Assembly: GCA_964019425.1 (NCBI GenBank) | Contig: OZ025782.1 | Location: 558,001 to 622,000 of the forward strand | DNA length: 64,000 bases | DNA from: Flectonema sp. DT1601 | Lineage: Eukaryota | Direction of reading: 5' to 3' | In this document: positions 1 through 11,521 of the stretch, in pieces | Numbering within the stretch: the stretch's first letter is position 1 | Layout of the letters: every line of letters begins with the position of its first letter | The notes under the pieces: model-generated | Seen by the model: the letters and a program-made list of their open reading frames with translations, nothing else | Databases searched by the model: none | What the model was told of the DNA's origin: nothing | Translations under genes and position numbers: made by a program

Positions 1-1
1 T

Positions 2-344
2 GTAGGCAAAGGGTTATTGAGAACTCAGTTAGTCATTTACTTATTCTCTGATTGCAGCGCGCTAACAACCGTTACGCCAATGGAAGAGAACTCAAAGGTA
101 TGTCTTGTTTTACTTAATCGTTTCATAATAATAATAATAATAATAATAAAAAACAAACAAACAAACTGAAACAGTTATTATTCAGCGTGTGTTTGTCAAT
201 TCTCGTCTCAGGAGCTGCGTGGTGGAGAAAGAAACTGGATACGGTATGCATTATCTTGAGTATTATTTTTTACGGAATATCGACGGTTTTTGTTCTTCTT
301 AAAAAATCCAAAATAATCAGATTGAAATAGACACTGACGAGTGA
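2..344 (+). CDS. 3' part of an intron-containing gene, small membrane protein (5' end outside window or unresolved)
   Basis: Exons 2-97, 175-243 and 321-344 are joined by two 77-nt GT-AG introns (98-174, 244-320). They give an open frame ...PMEENSK|LLFSVCLSILVSGAAWWRKKLDT|IEIDTDE* with one hydrophobic segment. Confidence 0.6.
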
Positions 345-695
345 CAACCTACTTCGGTTGATACAGTCTGGCCTACAGCAAATCTTTAGGACACATGTAT
401 GTTAAAAAATATGTTGTAATAAAGTAAAAGAAACAATAAAAGGGATCCTTCCCAGGTCATTTTTCAACTTCTGTGGTACAACCGCCGAAGCAAATGACTA
501 CAAATTGGTAGTTTTCTTTATAGCTCTTACGTACAGTTTTGAAATGCTTCTGCATTGCGGCTTGCTGCGGTGAGGAGAAACCTTTGATTAGGCTCTTCGC
601 AGTATTTCCCTCACTCTTCCCACCATCCAATCTTGCCCAGTAGCTGTAACTGATGTCTGTCGTGTTTAAATGGAAAGAAAATCTGTAGGAAGGGG

Positions 696-730
<35 letters not shown>

Positions 731-1012
731 GTTTCCTGGCTAATCTGTTTAGCAGTTGATTGCACGTATCACTGTAGAATAAAAACAGCTCTTGGTCATG
801 TTAGCCAGGTCTTTGTGAAGTATAAATCTGTTTCCCTGAAAAGTATTATACGAAAAATGCTTTGCATACTCTTCTTTGCCATTCTAGTACTCAATTCAAC
901 AGCTAAGAATATGCCTGAAGAACATCTCTTTGTATGCAATCAACCATTATAACTTCGTAAGAGCCTCCGTGAAAAGGCTACTTCATTTTTTTTGCCAAGT
1001 TTATCGGGGAAT

Positions 1013-1558
1013 ATGAGCTCCAAGAAGGCTGCTCGCATTGCGGCTGTCAAAGACCCATGGGTAGTATTAAATATAAAAAAAGGATCTGACCCGAAAGCCT
1101 TGAAGACAGCATTTCAAAAGGCTGCAATGCGGCATCATCCTGATGCTGGAGGATGCACTACAGAATTTATGGAAGTTCAAAAAGCTTACAAAACTGTACA
1201 GCAATTGGAACACATAGCAAGGCGCTCTACTTCTGGTGATGTATCTGACAGCTCGAGTGCTAGAGCGGGTAAGATTGCCTCTCTGAAATACAAGAGCCCT
1301 CGTAAAGCAAGAAACTCTAAAGCCTGGTCATACTTCGACTCATGGAAATATAACGAAGATGGTAAAGTAAGCCCCACGGGAGAGAACATTCGCAAGAATG
1401 CCATGTTTCGTAATTATTATACAGCTGCGGATGATGTTAAAGTTGAAAACGTGCACGCGCATCGATACATTATTATCGGATCCGTCATTGTCATATATGT
1501 TGTTATGAATTTATTAAAGGATGTAGAAGTACCCAGGAGATCTAAGTCTCTGGTATGA
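1013..1558 (+). CDS. J-domain (DnaJ type III) protein with C-terminal transmembrane segment
   Basis: DPWVVLNI...LKTAFQKAAMRHHPDAGG...FMEVQKAY is a J domain with the HPD motif; hydrophobic YIIIGSVIVIYVVM near the C-terminus. First ATG at 1013. Confidence 0.85.
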   Translation: MSSKKAARIAAVKDPWVVLNIKKGSDPKALKTAFQKAAMRHHPDAGGCTTEFMEVQKAYKTVQQLEHIARRSTSGDVSDSSSARAGKIASLKYKSPRKARNSKAWSYFDSWKYNEDGKVSPTGENIRKNAMFRNYYTAADDVKVENVHAHRYIIIGSVIVIYVVMNLLKDVEVPRRSKSLV

Positions 1559-1807
1559 GGATAGGCGGAAGTTTGGTTTTGGTTTGTCAAAGTCTGGTGA
1601 CGCACGCGATAGTGATTGGGAAATTCGTTTGTTTTACCTACACAGGCATCGTACGATATGTGAGTTCTTGATGATGACTGCGTTAACAAGTATTTTAGAA
1701 AATTTCATCTTCGAGACACTCTCGTCACCTGCGGCGAGTTTAAAAGTTTTCAAATGGACGGTATTCGTTACGTCATATTTTTATTAGCAAATTCCATTAT
1801 CAGCACA

Positions 1808-2647
1808 ATGCGCGTGCTACTGCGAGGCAGTGCTCTCACTAAACAGCGTGGGAGAGCGTGGATAATGAATAAACTGGACTGGACTGAAGACTGGGACTTA
1901 GACGTATCGGATTCCACTACACCACTGACTTCAGAAGTACTTGAGAAGATCAGAGCTGTTCCAATCGAAACAGCTCATGTACAACAACAGATGAAATCTT
2001 TGACGGGGTTTGTTGATTCACCACGTCAGGATCAGCCGATGGCAAAAAAGCGAAAGCGTAGGAAACGGCCTGTCACGAAGGTCATTCACCACCACCACTT
2101 TCACGTTGATAAAGCTGTTGGGTCATTAATTAGTGAGATGAGAAATATTATAAAAGATGAGATTCATTCAGCTGTTAACATGACTACTCGTCAAACATCC
2201 ACAGACAGTAATTCAAATAGTAACCAAACTGGTGCTGTGGAGTCGAGAGTCGATCAATCTTTTGATTTGAAATCGTTGTCTAGTAAACACTTAAAAACAT
2301 CAATCGATACTTCTAATGCAATGAATCAATTACCTCACAGTGATGGTATTAGATTGAAGGAAGAGGTTGTTCAAATACCAGCAGAAGATTCAAATTATCA
2401 AACATCCGATTCTATCATCGACTCTGAGGGTGAGCTGAAGACTTCTATCTCTCGTTTCCTTATTCGATTGGATCAATGCGAAGCAGCTATCTGGACTCCT
2501 CAATTTATTAAACTTCGTGAAGGTCTCGATGATTCCTTTAGTTCTCTCGCATTGCGAGCGAAACAAGAGAACACCGATACTGACCCAGAAGTGATTGAGA
2601 TGCGTAGAAAGTGGAAAGACTTCCTCATTAACATATCTCTCGGATAG
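1808..2647 (+). CDS. Hypothetical protein with basic NLS-like tract
   Basis: Long ORF with coding-like composition and KKRKRRKR; start could be ATG 1754 or 1808. No family recognised. Confidence 0.65.
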   Translation: MRVLLRGSALTKQRGRAWIMNKLDWTEDWDLDVSDSTTPLTSEVLEKIRAVPIETAHVQQQMKSLTGFVDSPRQDQPMAKKRKRRKRPVTKVIHHHHFHVDKAVGSLISEMRNIIKDEIHSAVNMTTRQTSTDSNSNSNQTGAVESRVDQSFDLKSLSSKHLKTSIDTSNAMNQLPHSDGIRLKEEVVQIPAEDSNYQTSDSIIDSEGELKTSISRFLIRLDQCEAAIWTPQFIKLREGLDDSFSSLALRAKQENTDTDPEVIEMRRKWKDFLINISLG

Positions 2648-2860
2648 AGTAGTGTATTAAGAATACTTTGATATCAATTAGAGCCCATGAAGTCTACATC
2701 AGAATGTACAGTTCTCGAACATCAACAGTACTGACCTTTGACTACTTCAGGAATCAATATTTGTGAGGGCGATACTATTTCTGTTAGTAAGTAATTATTG
2801 TTTTCTGTGTTCAGTTTTAAACATAATTTTAATTCTCATCATAACATCAACAGTCTGAAG

Positions 2861-4497
2861 ATGGTGGAAGGGAACGAATTCCAATGGACGCAAGTGCAGG
2901 AGCTCTGTGAAAAGCGGGCCATCTGCCGCGGTGAGAAAAGATTCTCCGAAGCTGATGCAGTCCTTCAAGAGCTGCACACAATGGGTGTAACGATTTGTGA
3001 TGGAAAGGGAACTTGGCAGCACAAGGAATCGGGTTCGGAGGGAAAAATTGGAACTCCACAAAGTAAGAAACTATCTGTTAAAGTACCCCCTCCTCTTATT
3101 AGACGAGATGGAGATTGGGACTGTCCGAAATGTAAAAATGTCAACTGGGCATCCCGCGTTAAGTGTTTCGTCTGCGGAATTACCAGAGAAACTGATTCTA
3201 CAACAGTTCTACCAAAACGTGTTCAACTACAAGCTGAAAAGCAAGCAGTCAAAGATGAGCAGCGTGCCTGTGACGAGCACTACCGACGTGCCCAAGAACG
3301 CCTTCAAGAAGATGCGAAGCTTCAGGCCAAGCAACAGGAAAATGCCTTGGCAGAATTAGCTCGTATTAAAGAAGCTCATCCAGTCCCAATGGTTAACAGT
3401 TCTTCACCACTGAAGTCTTCAAGAGTAGTCCTGAATAATATTCATAAAGATGAGGGACCTCCACAACCTAAAGCGGGTGATGCTTCAGGTCTTGCGGCCT
3501 TAAAACGTGTTCGAGAGGAGGTCATAAATAAAGGTGCGATTCGTTATGATCTTATTTTGTCTTTTTAAATAGCAACGACTACAGCACACGCATGGCCCTG
3601 CGAGCGACCCCTAATATGTGCAAAATGGATTCTCATAGTAAGTTCTTAAAGAAGAACACTGCGGTACTATGTATCCTAAAGCACTAGCATATTACTTTCA
3701 CAGAAAACATATTTTGACTTTTTTTTTTCCCAATAGCAACAAAAACCAACAAACAGAAAAACGACCAAAAACTGATAACGAAGAAGAGGTTAGAAAAGAG
3801 GAGGGAAAAAGTGTAAAAAAACTTTCTTTAGACACCTTAGAATTAGGGATAAAGCTCAAGGCTCCTGAGTTAGTGCGAAACTTAAAAATTCTAACACGCG
3901 TAGCTAGTAGTGATCCTGCTAAGTGCGCTGCCTTAAGGAATAACACAAAAATTCTTGTTTTTCTTGCTGAGGTACCCGACTACGCCTCTTCCAACAAGTC
4001 ATCAACAACAAAGGAAGTTGTTGTAATTAGTGAGAATATAATAAAACTAATTGGTTCACTGATATCTTGTAAAGGTGATAAAAAGGAACAGGCATTATTA
4101 TCACAATGGGTTCTCGAGTCTGGGACCCCACACCTTGAAGCACTTGCTGCAGTGTTCCGTATGAACGCTGATGGAATAAAGGTAATTTAAAATACTCCTA
4201 TTTTCTGATGAACGAATTCCCTCATCTGAAAAAAAAAAAAAAAAAAAATCGATAAATTTATCTAAAAAACAAAATCAAATAAAAAAACAGATTGCGATTC
4301 TGAAAACCCTACCAGGAATTTTCCAAGGGTGTGGGTCAGGTATTCACGCAAAGAGGGTTTTTAATTTATTTGACTCTCTGGGTGTGACTGAATGCCTTCG
4401 ATTAGTGAGGACTGCTGACCCTAAACCAATAGTAATGGACGCAGTGAGGAAATGCTATTCCGAAATACAAAAATTAAATATTCCTCTTGGCTTGTAA
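2861..4497 (+). CDS. RanBP2-type zinc finger protein (3 exons)
   Basis: RDGDWDCPKCKNVNWASRVKCFVCG is a RanBP2 zinc finger. Predicted introns 3534-3756 and 4182-4290 join the 2798 and 3669 ORFs and a last exon 4291-4497 in frame (EVINK-E-KRPKTD; DGIK|IAILKTL). Confidence 0.75.
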
Positions 4498-4694
4498 CTA
4501 CTTTCGACTGCGACGGAGGGAACATCTTTCTGAAATATAATTACTTCACTTCTAAATAATTGCGAGAGTTGATTGCAAACTTTTCATTCTATTTTACAGA
4601 ACATATTAATGAACTTACGTAAACAAGATATCAATCTTCTTTTGTTGTTGTCTTTTTTTAAATAACTTTCATAACAAGTAACATAACAGCAATA

Positions 4695-6050
4695 ATGAAG
4701 TCGATGATATGTCAGTTTGCATCTCATCAAACAGCCGATCAAATACCACCCTCGAGAGTAGTTCCCGTCTCAAAGTCTATTACTCGACTGGGGGGTGACA
4801 CTCCTGAAGTTCGCTGCAGTATAATCAACGAGAGAATGAGGAAAGCCATCGACAGTATTTCCAGAGGTAGCTATACCCCGGAGAATGAAGGAGTTCATAT
4901 GCTGGGTGATGTGTCGCAAAATGTTCAGAGATACCTCGTGAGGGTAAAAAAGATGGACCGAGACACACCTCAGAATATCATCGTTGAGGGGTTACGTGAA
5001 CAGTCTGCTTGTGCAGAAGTACAACTGAATTCTGACTGTGTGCCTTATAGTTTATTTCCTGGGAAGGTCTTTGGATTGAGAGGATCACAAAAGCGTCACG
5101 AGCAGCAACACATTAATGCTTCAGGTGTCATATCAAGAAGTCCGCTACACACACGCAGCTTTTTAAGAATGGAAGAACAGAGAAACTCATCGCCTGCAAA
5201 ACAGAGAAAAGTCTTCCAAAACGACCCAACTAAAATACCATCTAAAACTATTATCGTATGTGGTCCTTATTGTAATGAAGGAATTAAAGAATCGATGAAT
5301 ATTATTATGAAACTAATCGAACAAGCGAACCTTCTACGCGCTACTACACTCATAGCTACTGGTCCATTTAGTAGTGACACTTCTAGTGATTCACCTTTAC
5401 AGAATGAGGAGTACTTTGAAGACTTTATGAATCAAGTTAAACTACCAAAAGACTTTACTGTTGTGTTAGTTCCATCGATATTGGATCCTCATTGTCAATA
5501 TGTGTATCCTCAACCTCAACATAACTTTACTGGAGGAGATGTGAAGGGAGTGATGAGATTATCAAATCCTGGTCAAGTATCAATTAATGAAGTGTTGTTT
5601 AGTATCACATCACATGATGTTGTTAGATGTATGAAGAATTCTATGGATGTTGAAAATGGTGTCGATAGAAACTTTAGTCAACCGGCAGTACCAACAACAC
5701 ATCCGTTGAAACACTTTAATAGATTGGCTTTAGAAGAACTCTTATCGTCATCTTCATTGTATCCAATTACTCCTCCAGACATGACAACTCCATTGGATTT
5801 ATCACTTTTTGAATACATCGATTTTGAGAATAGTCTTCCAGATGTTCTGGTGTTGCCATCAAGTCTTCCTTTTGCTGAATGTTTTCAAGCTGGTCCAGAT
5901 GTCACTGCGGGTGACTTGGTAGTTTGTATCAATCCAGGCAGCTTTAGAGATGCTAAAAGTTTTATTGAATTAACGATATCACCTGACAAACACAAATTAG
6001 ATCCTCTTTGGAAAAGGACGACTGCTACTTTTCATGTGATCTCAAAGTAG
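4695..6050 (+). CDS. POLA2: DNA polymerase alpha accessory subunit B (Pol12/POLA2 family)
   Basis: Family motifs in the expected order: SLFPGKVFGLRG, GPY, GPF, VPSILD...VYPQP, LSNPGQVSINEVLFSITSHD, SLYPITPP, PDVLVLPS, CINPG. Confidence 0.85.
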   Translation: MKSMICQFASHQTADQIPPSRVVPVSKSITRLGGDTPEVRCSIINERMRKAIDSISRGSYTPENEGVHMLGDVSQNVQRYLVRVKKMDRDTPQNIIVEGLREQSACAEVQLNSDCVPYSLFPGKVFGLRGSQKRHEQQHINASGVISRSPLHTRSFLRMEEQRNSSPAKQRKVFQNDPTKIPSKTIIVCGPYCNEGIKESMNIIMKLIEQANLLRATTLIATGPFSSDTSSDSPLQNEEYFEDFMNQVKLPKDFTVVLVPSILDPHCQYVYPQPQHNFTGGDVKGVMRLSNPGQVSINEVLFSITSHDVVRCMKNSMDVENGVDRNFSQPAVPTTHPLKHFNRLALEELLSSSSLYPITPPDMTTPLDLSLFEYIDFENSLPDVLVLPSSLPFAECFQAGPDVTAGDLVVCINPGSFRDAKSFIELTISPDKHKLDPLWKRTTATFHVISK

Positions 6051-6460
6051 GAAACCTTTTAGAGATTATGTTACTCTTAGTAGGGTCATATCTTCGTGAT
6101 AGGATGACCTGACTTGTAACAAACCATGTTGGAGGTGAACCCCTCCCTTCTCAACAACCAAATTGTAAGTTACGTACGGTAGCGTTGTCATCATTTTGTT
6201 TTGTTTATGTTAGTATTTTATTTTGTACTCCCACTCAGGCTTGAACAAAAAGAAGTTGAGGCATTCGTTACTGTGAGTTGGTTACAACAGTCGACTAGAT
6301 CGATAGGACATTATTACTTTTATTATTCATCAGGACAGGGTAATTGTTTTCACAGTTAATGTCAAATGGAAAAAGAAAGATTTCTCAACCAAACTTATTC
6401 CCCGTTCATGGAAGTAAAAAGGTTTGTTTAATTCATTAATTAGTACCTACTAGGCTAGCT

Positions 6461-6703
6461 ATGCGATACTTTTACGTGACAACTTCCAAACAGGTAACCC
6501 GTCGCTGTGGTGTTCCTGATTTCGCTGAGGAAGCTTTCCTCGATCACCTGCAGTCTGACATTAAATTCCCAAAACCGCACATTTGGGGAATACCTAAAAT
6601 GAGTAAAGGTCAGGTACCTGGATTCAAACATTCTGTTACAAAGGAACAAATCGCAGCATCTATAGCCAGCCATCCTGCGGTCACCAATGCTGTTTACGTG
6701 TAG
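6461..6703 (+). CDS. Possible small hypothetical protein (80 aa)
   Basis: ATG-initiated ORF on the gene-bearing strand with balanced composition and no homopolymer runs; no motif recognised. Confidence 0.35.
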   Translation: MRYFYVTTSKQVTRRCGVPDFAEEAFLDHLQSDIKFPKPHIWGIPKMSKGQVPGFKHSVTKEQIAASIASHPAVTNAVYV

Positions 6704-7212
6704 TTGGTCTTCGTTGGCTTCTTGTCATCGAATTCTACATTACGAGTGTGCTGATAACATTCTGGGAAGACTTGACGACGTTCTGAATGATCATTTGCAG
6801 GGTGAAGTCAAATACCGTATCTACTAAGGTACTCTCTATGACTTGACTTGTGTTGTAACTGTTGGAAGTGCGGTTGTGAAGTTAGATCATTTTAGCTACT
6901 TGTCGAGTGGTCTTTTATTTACAAATCTAGCACTTCACTCGCTGTTTTAAGAAACGTGAATGTGTTGTGCGTCTGATGTTTTTACACTTGATAATCGTAT
7001 CGATAAGGTTCTTACACCGATGCCTTGTACCGAAGTACGGTTATCTTATTATTCTCTTTTTTTAAAAAAATAATTATTCAATTCAGGGTCTTGACATCAA
7101 CCATGTGGAGATTGCTTCCTTCAGTCACCCCTGCGTACAATGCGATAGACATTTGTTAAAACTGTGACTCTTCTATTAAATACACTTCCTCCCATTCAGA
7201 AGTGATCATAAT

Positions 7213-8406
7213 ATGACGATCACTGAATGTGATTTCAATTCAGTTGATGTTCTTCAGGAAATACTTATCGACGAGTGGCTGGAGGATCTCTCTTTTAATA
7301 AATGTGTTGAATTCGCCGTTTCATCAACGAATTCCTTCGCTAGTAAATTCTTCATACATATAGTAAAAAAGTTTATAATAAGATCGACTACGTATTGTCT
7401 CCTGTCATCAGAGAGGAGAGGAATCATTGAAGTTGTTAAGAACACGCTTTCAATGGGCTGGTTGGATTCTTGGTATTTTAATAAATTGTGGTCAACTAAA
7501 ATTATATCAAAAGCAGCAAATAATCTTTTTCCAGATTGGTTTTCTTCTATTGTAAATGTAACAATTAGTCCTTACGCGGAGTGTTATTTATCTGAAATAG
7601 ACCAACAGACTCCCATTGAAATTGCTATTCAAACGTTTCAACGTTATTTATTATCATCCTTTGTGAATGTTGTTTACGAATATGTACTCATACCTGCTGT
7701 TTGTCATCCTCAAGGACTATCTGAAATTAATAGCATTGCTGATACTTTTGGTTCTTTAATAATCAGGCCACTAGGCGCCTATATCGGACATGTTCTGTAT
7801 CCTCATCAGGGCTATGGTGCATTCTGGGGGGGTTTGAGTTCATATTTAGTGTACTGTGCGTATCTTCAGAGGTTGTACATTAAACATATTGAGGACACTT
7901 GGGATAATAATGACACCGCAGAGCAAAGTAGTAGTTTTCACACTGGTGATTTAGAAAACACGTACTACAAAACATTAAATGTCGATGAGTCAGCTGATGA
8001 AAAAGAAATTAAAAGTTCTTATAGAAAACTTGCAAGGGAACATCACCCAGACAGGCATTCTCAGGCTACTCCTGAAGTTCAACGAGAGAATGAAGATAAA
8101 ATGAAAGAAGTCACTTCAGCATACACAAACTTAGTAGATCCCAGAAAACGTGATATTTATAATGCTTGGCTATCTGATCAAATATCACTGGCTGCTAACA
8201 AACCAAAACCTAAGAACGATGAACCAGAATCATCTTCACCTACTGCTGAACCAAATACAGATACCTCCACTGCTGTTGTAGATCCGTCAACTCAGGAAGA
8301 CGCTGTACCTGAGTCACCGCCTGTTGACTTTTCATTTATAGCGAAACCTGTCGCTGCTGCTGCGCTTGTTTTTCAATTTACACTTGTATGTATTCATTTT
8401 TTTTAA
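7213..8406 (+). CDS. Membrane-associated J-domain protein
   Basis: YYKTLNVDESADEKEIKSSYRKLAREHHPDRH...MKEVTSAYTNLVDPRKRDIYN is a complete J domain. The N-terminal half and the C-terminal tail are hydrophobic. Confidence 0.88.
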   Translation: MTITECDFNSVDVLQEILIDEWLEDLSFNKCVEFAVSSTNSFASKFFIHIVKKFIIRSTTYCLLSSERRGIIEVVKNTLSMGWLDSWYFNKLWSTKIISKAANNLFPDWFSSIVNVTISPYAECYLSEIDQQTPIEIAIQTFQRYLLSSFVNVVYEYVLIPAVCHPQGLSEINSIADTFGSLIIRPLGAYIGHVLYPHQGYGAFWGGLSSYLVYCAYLQRLYIKHIEDTWDNNDTAEQSSSFHTGDLENTYYKTLNVDESADEKEIKSSYRKLAREHHPDRHSQATPEVQRENEDKMKEVTSAYTNLVDPRKRDIYNAWLSDQISLAANKPKPKNDEPESSSPTAEPNTDTSTAVVDPSTQEDAVPESPPVDFSFIAKPVAAAALVFQFTLVCIHFF

Positions 8407-8898
8407 AATTAATTCTTTCGTTTTATTTTGTTCCTATTATCGAAAGAGTTGTTGTCACCAAAAACTGTTCATCAAATAACCCAAAACGCAGGGATTACAC
8501 TACTATTCGTGGTCTACTGTAAGAGCAGCTTCACAAGGTGGGGTCCTGCTAGCAGCAGTTTAGAACGTGGTAAGATTACGTACTTGAACGTAACATAGAA
8601 ATCATCAATAGCAGAGTGGTATTAAATTTGTGGTCTTATCTGTTATTTTTATTCATCTAACCGGCCGACTTAGAGTTGGACCTGAAAAACACGCCCTCAG
8701 TGGCGATGTAATGTTTTATTTCTATTTTGTTATTGTCCCTCGTCGTCGCTTTCATATGTATTCCGACAAATCAAAAAAAAAAAAAAAAAAATCTTTCAAT
8801 CTGTCAGCATGCTATTTGTAGCACCAGAGTTGATATTTTAATAATATAAAAAAAAAAAAAAAAATTATTTTTATATTATTTTTAAACAGATATCTCCT

Positions 8899-9681
8899 AT
8901 GGCATTAAACAAGTCAATTCATTTATTAAAAGAAAACAATCAAATGCAAGTGGAGCGAAAGTTGAGTAAATCGCCATACACAACACCTGAATTAAAGCTT
9001 GAGGAACAAACAGAATTTATTGAACAGCAGGTCTGCTCACTTTGGAAAGAGCAATATCTGATTCGCAGTTCCATAATCCATGACTCCATTACTGATAGGC
9101 TTACTCTGACTGCTTGGTGGGATCATTATTGTACACTTATCGAAAAACAGAGTATGATTAGTGAATGGGTTAATGAACAGCGTGGATACACATCCGCTCT
9201 CGCTGCTGCCTGTAAGAAACAACGAGAAAATTTTGCCTTTCGATTACAGGAACAGAATTCTGCAATCAGAAAGGGATTGACCAGGATGCCAAGTCCGCCT
9301 GTTGAGGCACAGCGGGAGTGCAGTTCACCGCGACTTCAGCCACATCCTCCGAAAAAACCCTCCGGGAATACAAGAAGGGGTCAGTCGCTTTCACTCGCTC
9401 TGGAGGGTAAACATGTAGGTGAAGAAAACTCAGCACCCAAGAAGCAAGTAAAGTCACGTGCTAAATCTTGTAAGGAAGACACTGTCGAGACTACTGTTGA
9501 TTCGGAAACCACCCCTCAATGTGTTTCTGGTACCGAAATACCTCTTATTTATCAACATGGCACTACAAACCTTGACTTGGGAGCTACAGTCTTGGTAACT
9601 GAACATCAGCTAAAGGGAAGGACGATCGAAGCAACGCACGGAACCCAGAGGCCGACTTGTAAGACAACTTATATACGTTAG
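8899..9681 (+). CDS. Hypothetical protein
   Basis: 260-aa ATG ORF preceded by a U-rich AG site (8889-8890); helical N-terminal half and Pro/Ser-rich C-terminal half. Confidence 0.6.
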   Translation: MALNKSIHLLKENNQMQVERKLSKSPYTTPELKLEEQTEFIEQQVCSLWKEQYLIRSSIIHDSITDRLTLTAWWDHYCTLIEKQSMISEWVNEQRGYTSALAAACKKQRENFAFRLQEQNSAIRKGLTRMPSPPVEAQRECSSPRLQPHPPKKPSGNTRRGQSLSLALEGKHVGEENSAPKKQVKSRAKSCKEDTVETTVDSETTPQCVSGTEIPLIYQHGTTNLDLGATVLVTEHQLKGRTIEATHGTQRPTCKTTYIR

Positions 9682-9745
9682 AATTGGGAACCTTTCTCTG
9701 ATTACTTATAGTTATTGTTTTTATTACTTTTCTTTATTTTTGTAA

Positions 9746-9880
9746 CTCTAAAAGTCGGTTCTCAAGATCAAAAAACTGCGATACGCTGAAGTATCGATGG
9801 TAGAAATTTCTGTTTATTTAAGAAGACTGACACCCCATTTCCTTATTAGAATCTGAACATCGAAAATAAATAAATAAAAT
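9746..9880. repeat. Repeat module A (array leader), copy 1; other copies 11660-11782 and 11949-12084
   Basis: Near-identical sequence aaaagtcggttctcaagat(c/t)aaaaaactgcgatacgctgaagtatcgatggtagaaatttctgtttatttaagaagactgacaccccatttccttat at three loci. Confidence 0.95.
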
Positions 9881-10420
9881 AGCAACACTCAGTTGACTAA
9901 CCAGTGCACATGATGAGATCATCATAACAACAATCAGTTGACTAACCAGTACACATGATGAGATCATCATAACAACAATCAGTTGACTAACCAGTACACA
10001 TGATGAGATCATCATAGCAACACTCAGTTGACTAACCAGTGCACATGATGAGATCATCATAACAACACTCAGTTGACTAACCAGTGCACATGATGAGATC
10101 ATCATAACAACACTCAGTTGACTAACCAGTACACATGATGAGATCATCATAACAACAATCAGTTGACTAACCAGTGCACATGATGAGATCATCATAACAA
10201 CACTCAGTTGACTAACCAGTACACATGATGAGATCATCATAACAACAATCAGTTGACTAACCAGTACACATGATGAGATCATCATAACAACACTCAGTTG
10301 ACTAACCAGTACACATGATGAGATCATCATAACAACACTCAGTTGACTAACCAGTGCACATGATGAGATCATCATAACAACACTCAGTTGACTAACCAGT
10401 GCACATGATGAGATGATCAT
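9881..10420. repeat. Tandem array 1: 12 x 45-bp units
   Basis: Unit a(a/g)caaca(a/c)tcagttgactaaccagt(a/g)cacatgatgagatcatcat, counted directly; the last unit ends gatGatcat. Confidence 0.98.
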
Positions 10421-10516
10421 CCACTGTATCGTTAATTAACAGATTATATTATCGTTTTTTTATTGTTGTTTTGTGATACATTACTTTTTTTTTTTTTTTT
10501 TTCCCCTTCGTTAATA

Positions 10517-10654
10517 TCGCACAAAAGGAGGGGAAGAAAAAAATTTTTTTTTCAATTAATTTTTTTTTGTACCTACAAACCCATTGTTCGGTAGAAAGAG
10601 AATTGTGGCAGCAACTAACCTATTCCTTTATTAGGATTTTCTACCGGTTGCGCA
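10517..10654. repeat. Repeat module B; other copies ~11576-11640, ~11785-11928, ~15543-15625
   Basis: Shared core aaccc(a/g)ttgttcggtag...tggcagc(gt)aactaacc...ttattaggatttt...gttgcgca. Confidence 0.9.
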
Positions 10655-10864
10655 AAATAAGTGTGAGTGAGTAAGTAAAAAAGTGAAGTTTGCCGATTCT
10701 TTTTGGGACTTACATAGATGGAAGTGCCCTACAATTTGGAGCGTGTAGGGCGCTTTTAGGGCGCTTTTAATATAAATATTATTTTGGAGGGCGCTTTTTT
10801 TACCTTTTTCTTTGGCCTCACCACTCCTTGGGAGCTCCATCTATGGACTTACTCTAAATATTTT

Positions 10865-11521
10865 TTTTCTCCGTTGCCTGCACACCCAAAGGTTCTTTTC
10901 GCTGTTGGGTGCTGGCACTTTTTTCCCCCCAATTCCCTCCATTTAATATTAGTATCAAGTTACCCCCAATTTTTTTTTTTCCCTCAAAAAAAAAAAAAAA
11001 GAGAACTTGGCTATTGGCCTCTGGAAGTTTTACTGAGTGCATGCAAAGAACAGTACTTGTGCAGGGCTGGTACCTAACAGAGAACTGTTTTCCTCTTACA
11101 CGTCATTCCAACCGAATTTCAAAGTCAAGACATCTGCGAGTTGCAGACAGCGACATTCTTGTTTCTGACCGGGTTATCAGGGCATCTAACTCATACAGGC
11201 ATGAGAGCTTTTTTAAGGCTACTTTGAATTATCAAGAGCACAGTACTGCCCGAAGGGTTCCCGCGTGTCAAGAAGCAATTGCATGTACTGAGCAGAAGTT
11301 CCAGAAAGAAGATTACTTTTATCATTTCCCAAGTCATCACATCCTTGACCGTTTGTGTTACTAACTTTCAATCAATCTGTAGATGTGTGTGTTAATGTTT
11401 ATTTGCAGGAAAAAAAAAAAAAAAAAAAAAAGGAAAAAAAAATAATCAGGTGGTACACAACAGCGAAAATATTTTTTTACAACAGAGAAGAATTCTTTTA
11501 GGTGGTGTACAACGGAGAAAA
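10865..11521. mobile_element. Putative foldback/MITE-like element bounded by nested inverted motifs
   Basis: ttttctccgttg (10865-10876) pairs with caacggagaaaa (11510-11521); ttttcgctgttg (10896-10907) pairs with caacagcgaaaa (11458-11469). Confidence 0.4.

Noticed and set aside
3585..3665. Extra exon inside intron 3534-3756
   Set aside because: The candidate acceptor/donor pairs I tried do not keep the frame, whereas skipping the segment gives an in-frame join.
9818..10420. Minus-strand 200-aa ORF (MMISSCVLVSQLIVV repeats) and its twin at 12049-12669 as proteins
   Set aside because: They are a by-product of a 45-bp unit with one stop-free frame, lie antisense to all real genes, and all three plus-strand frames contain stops.
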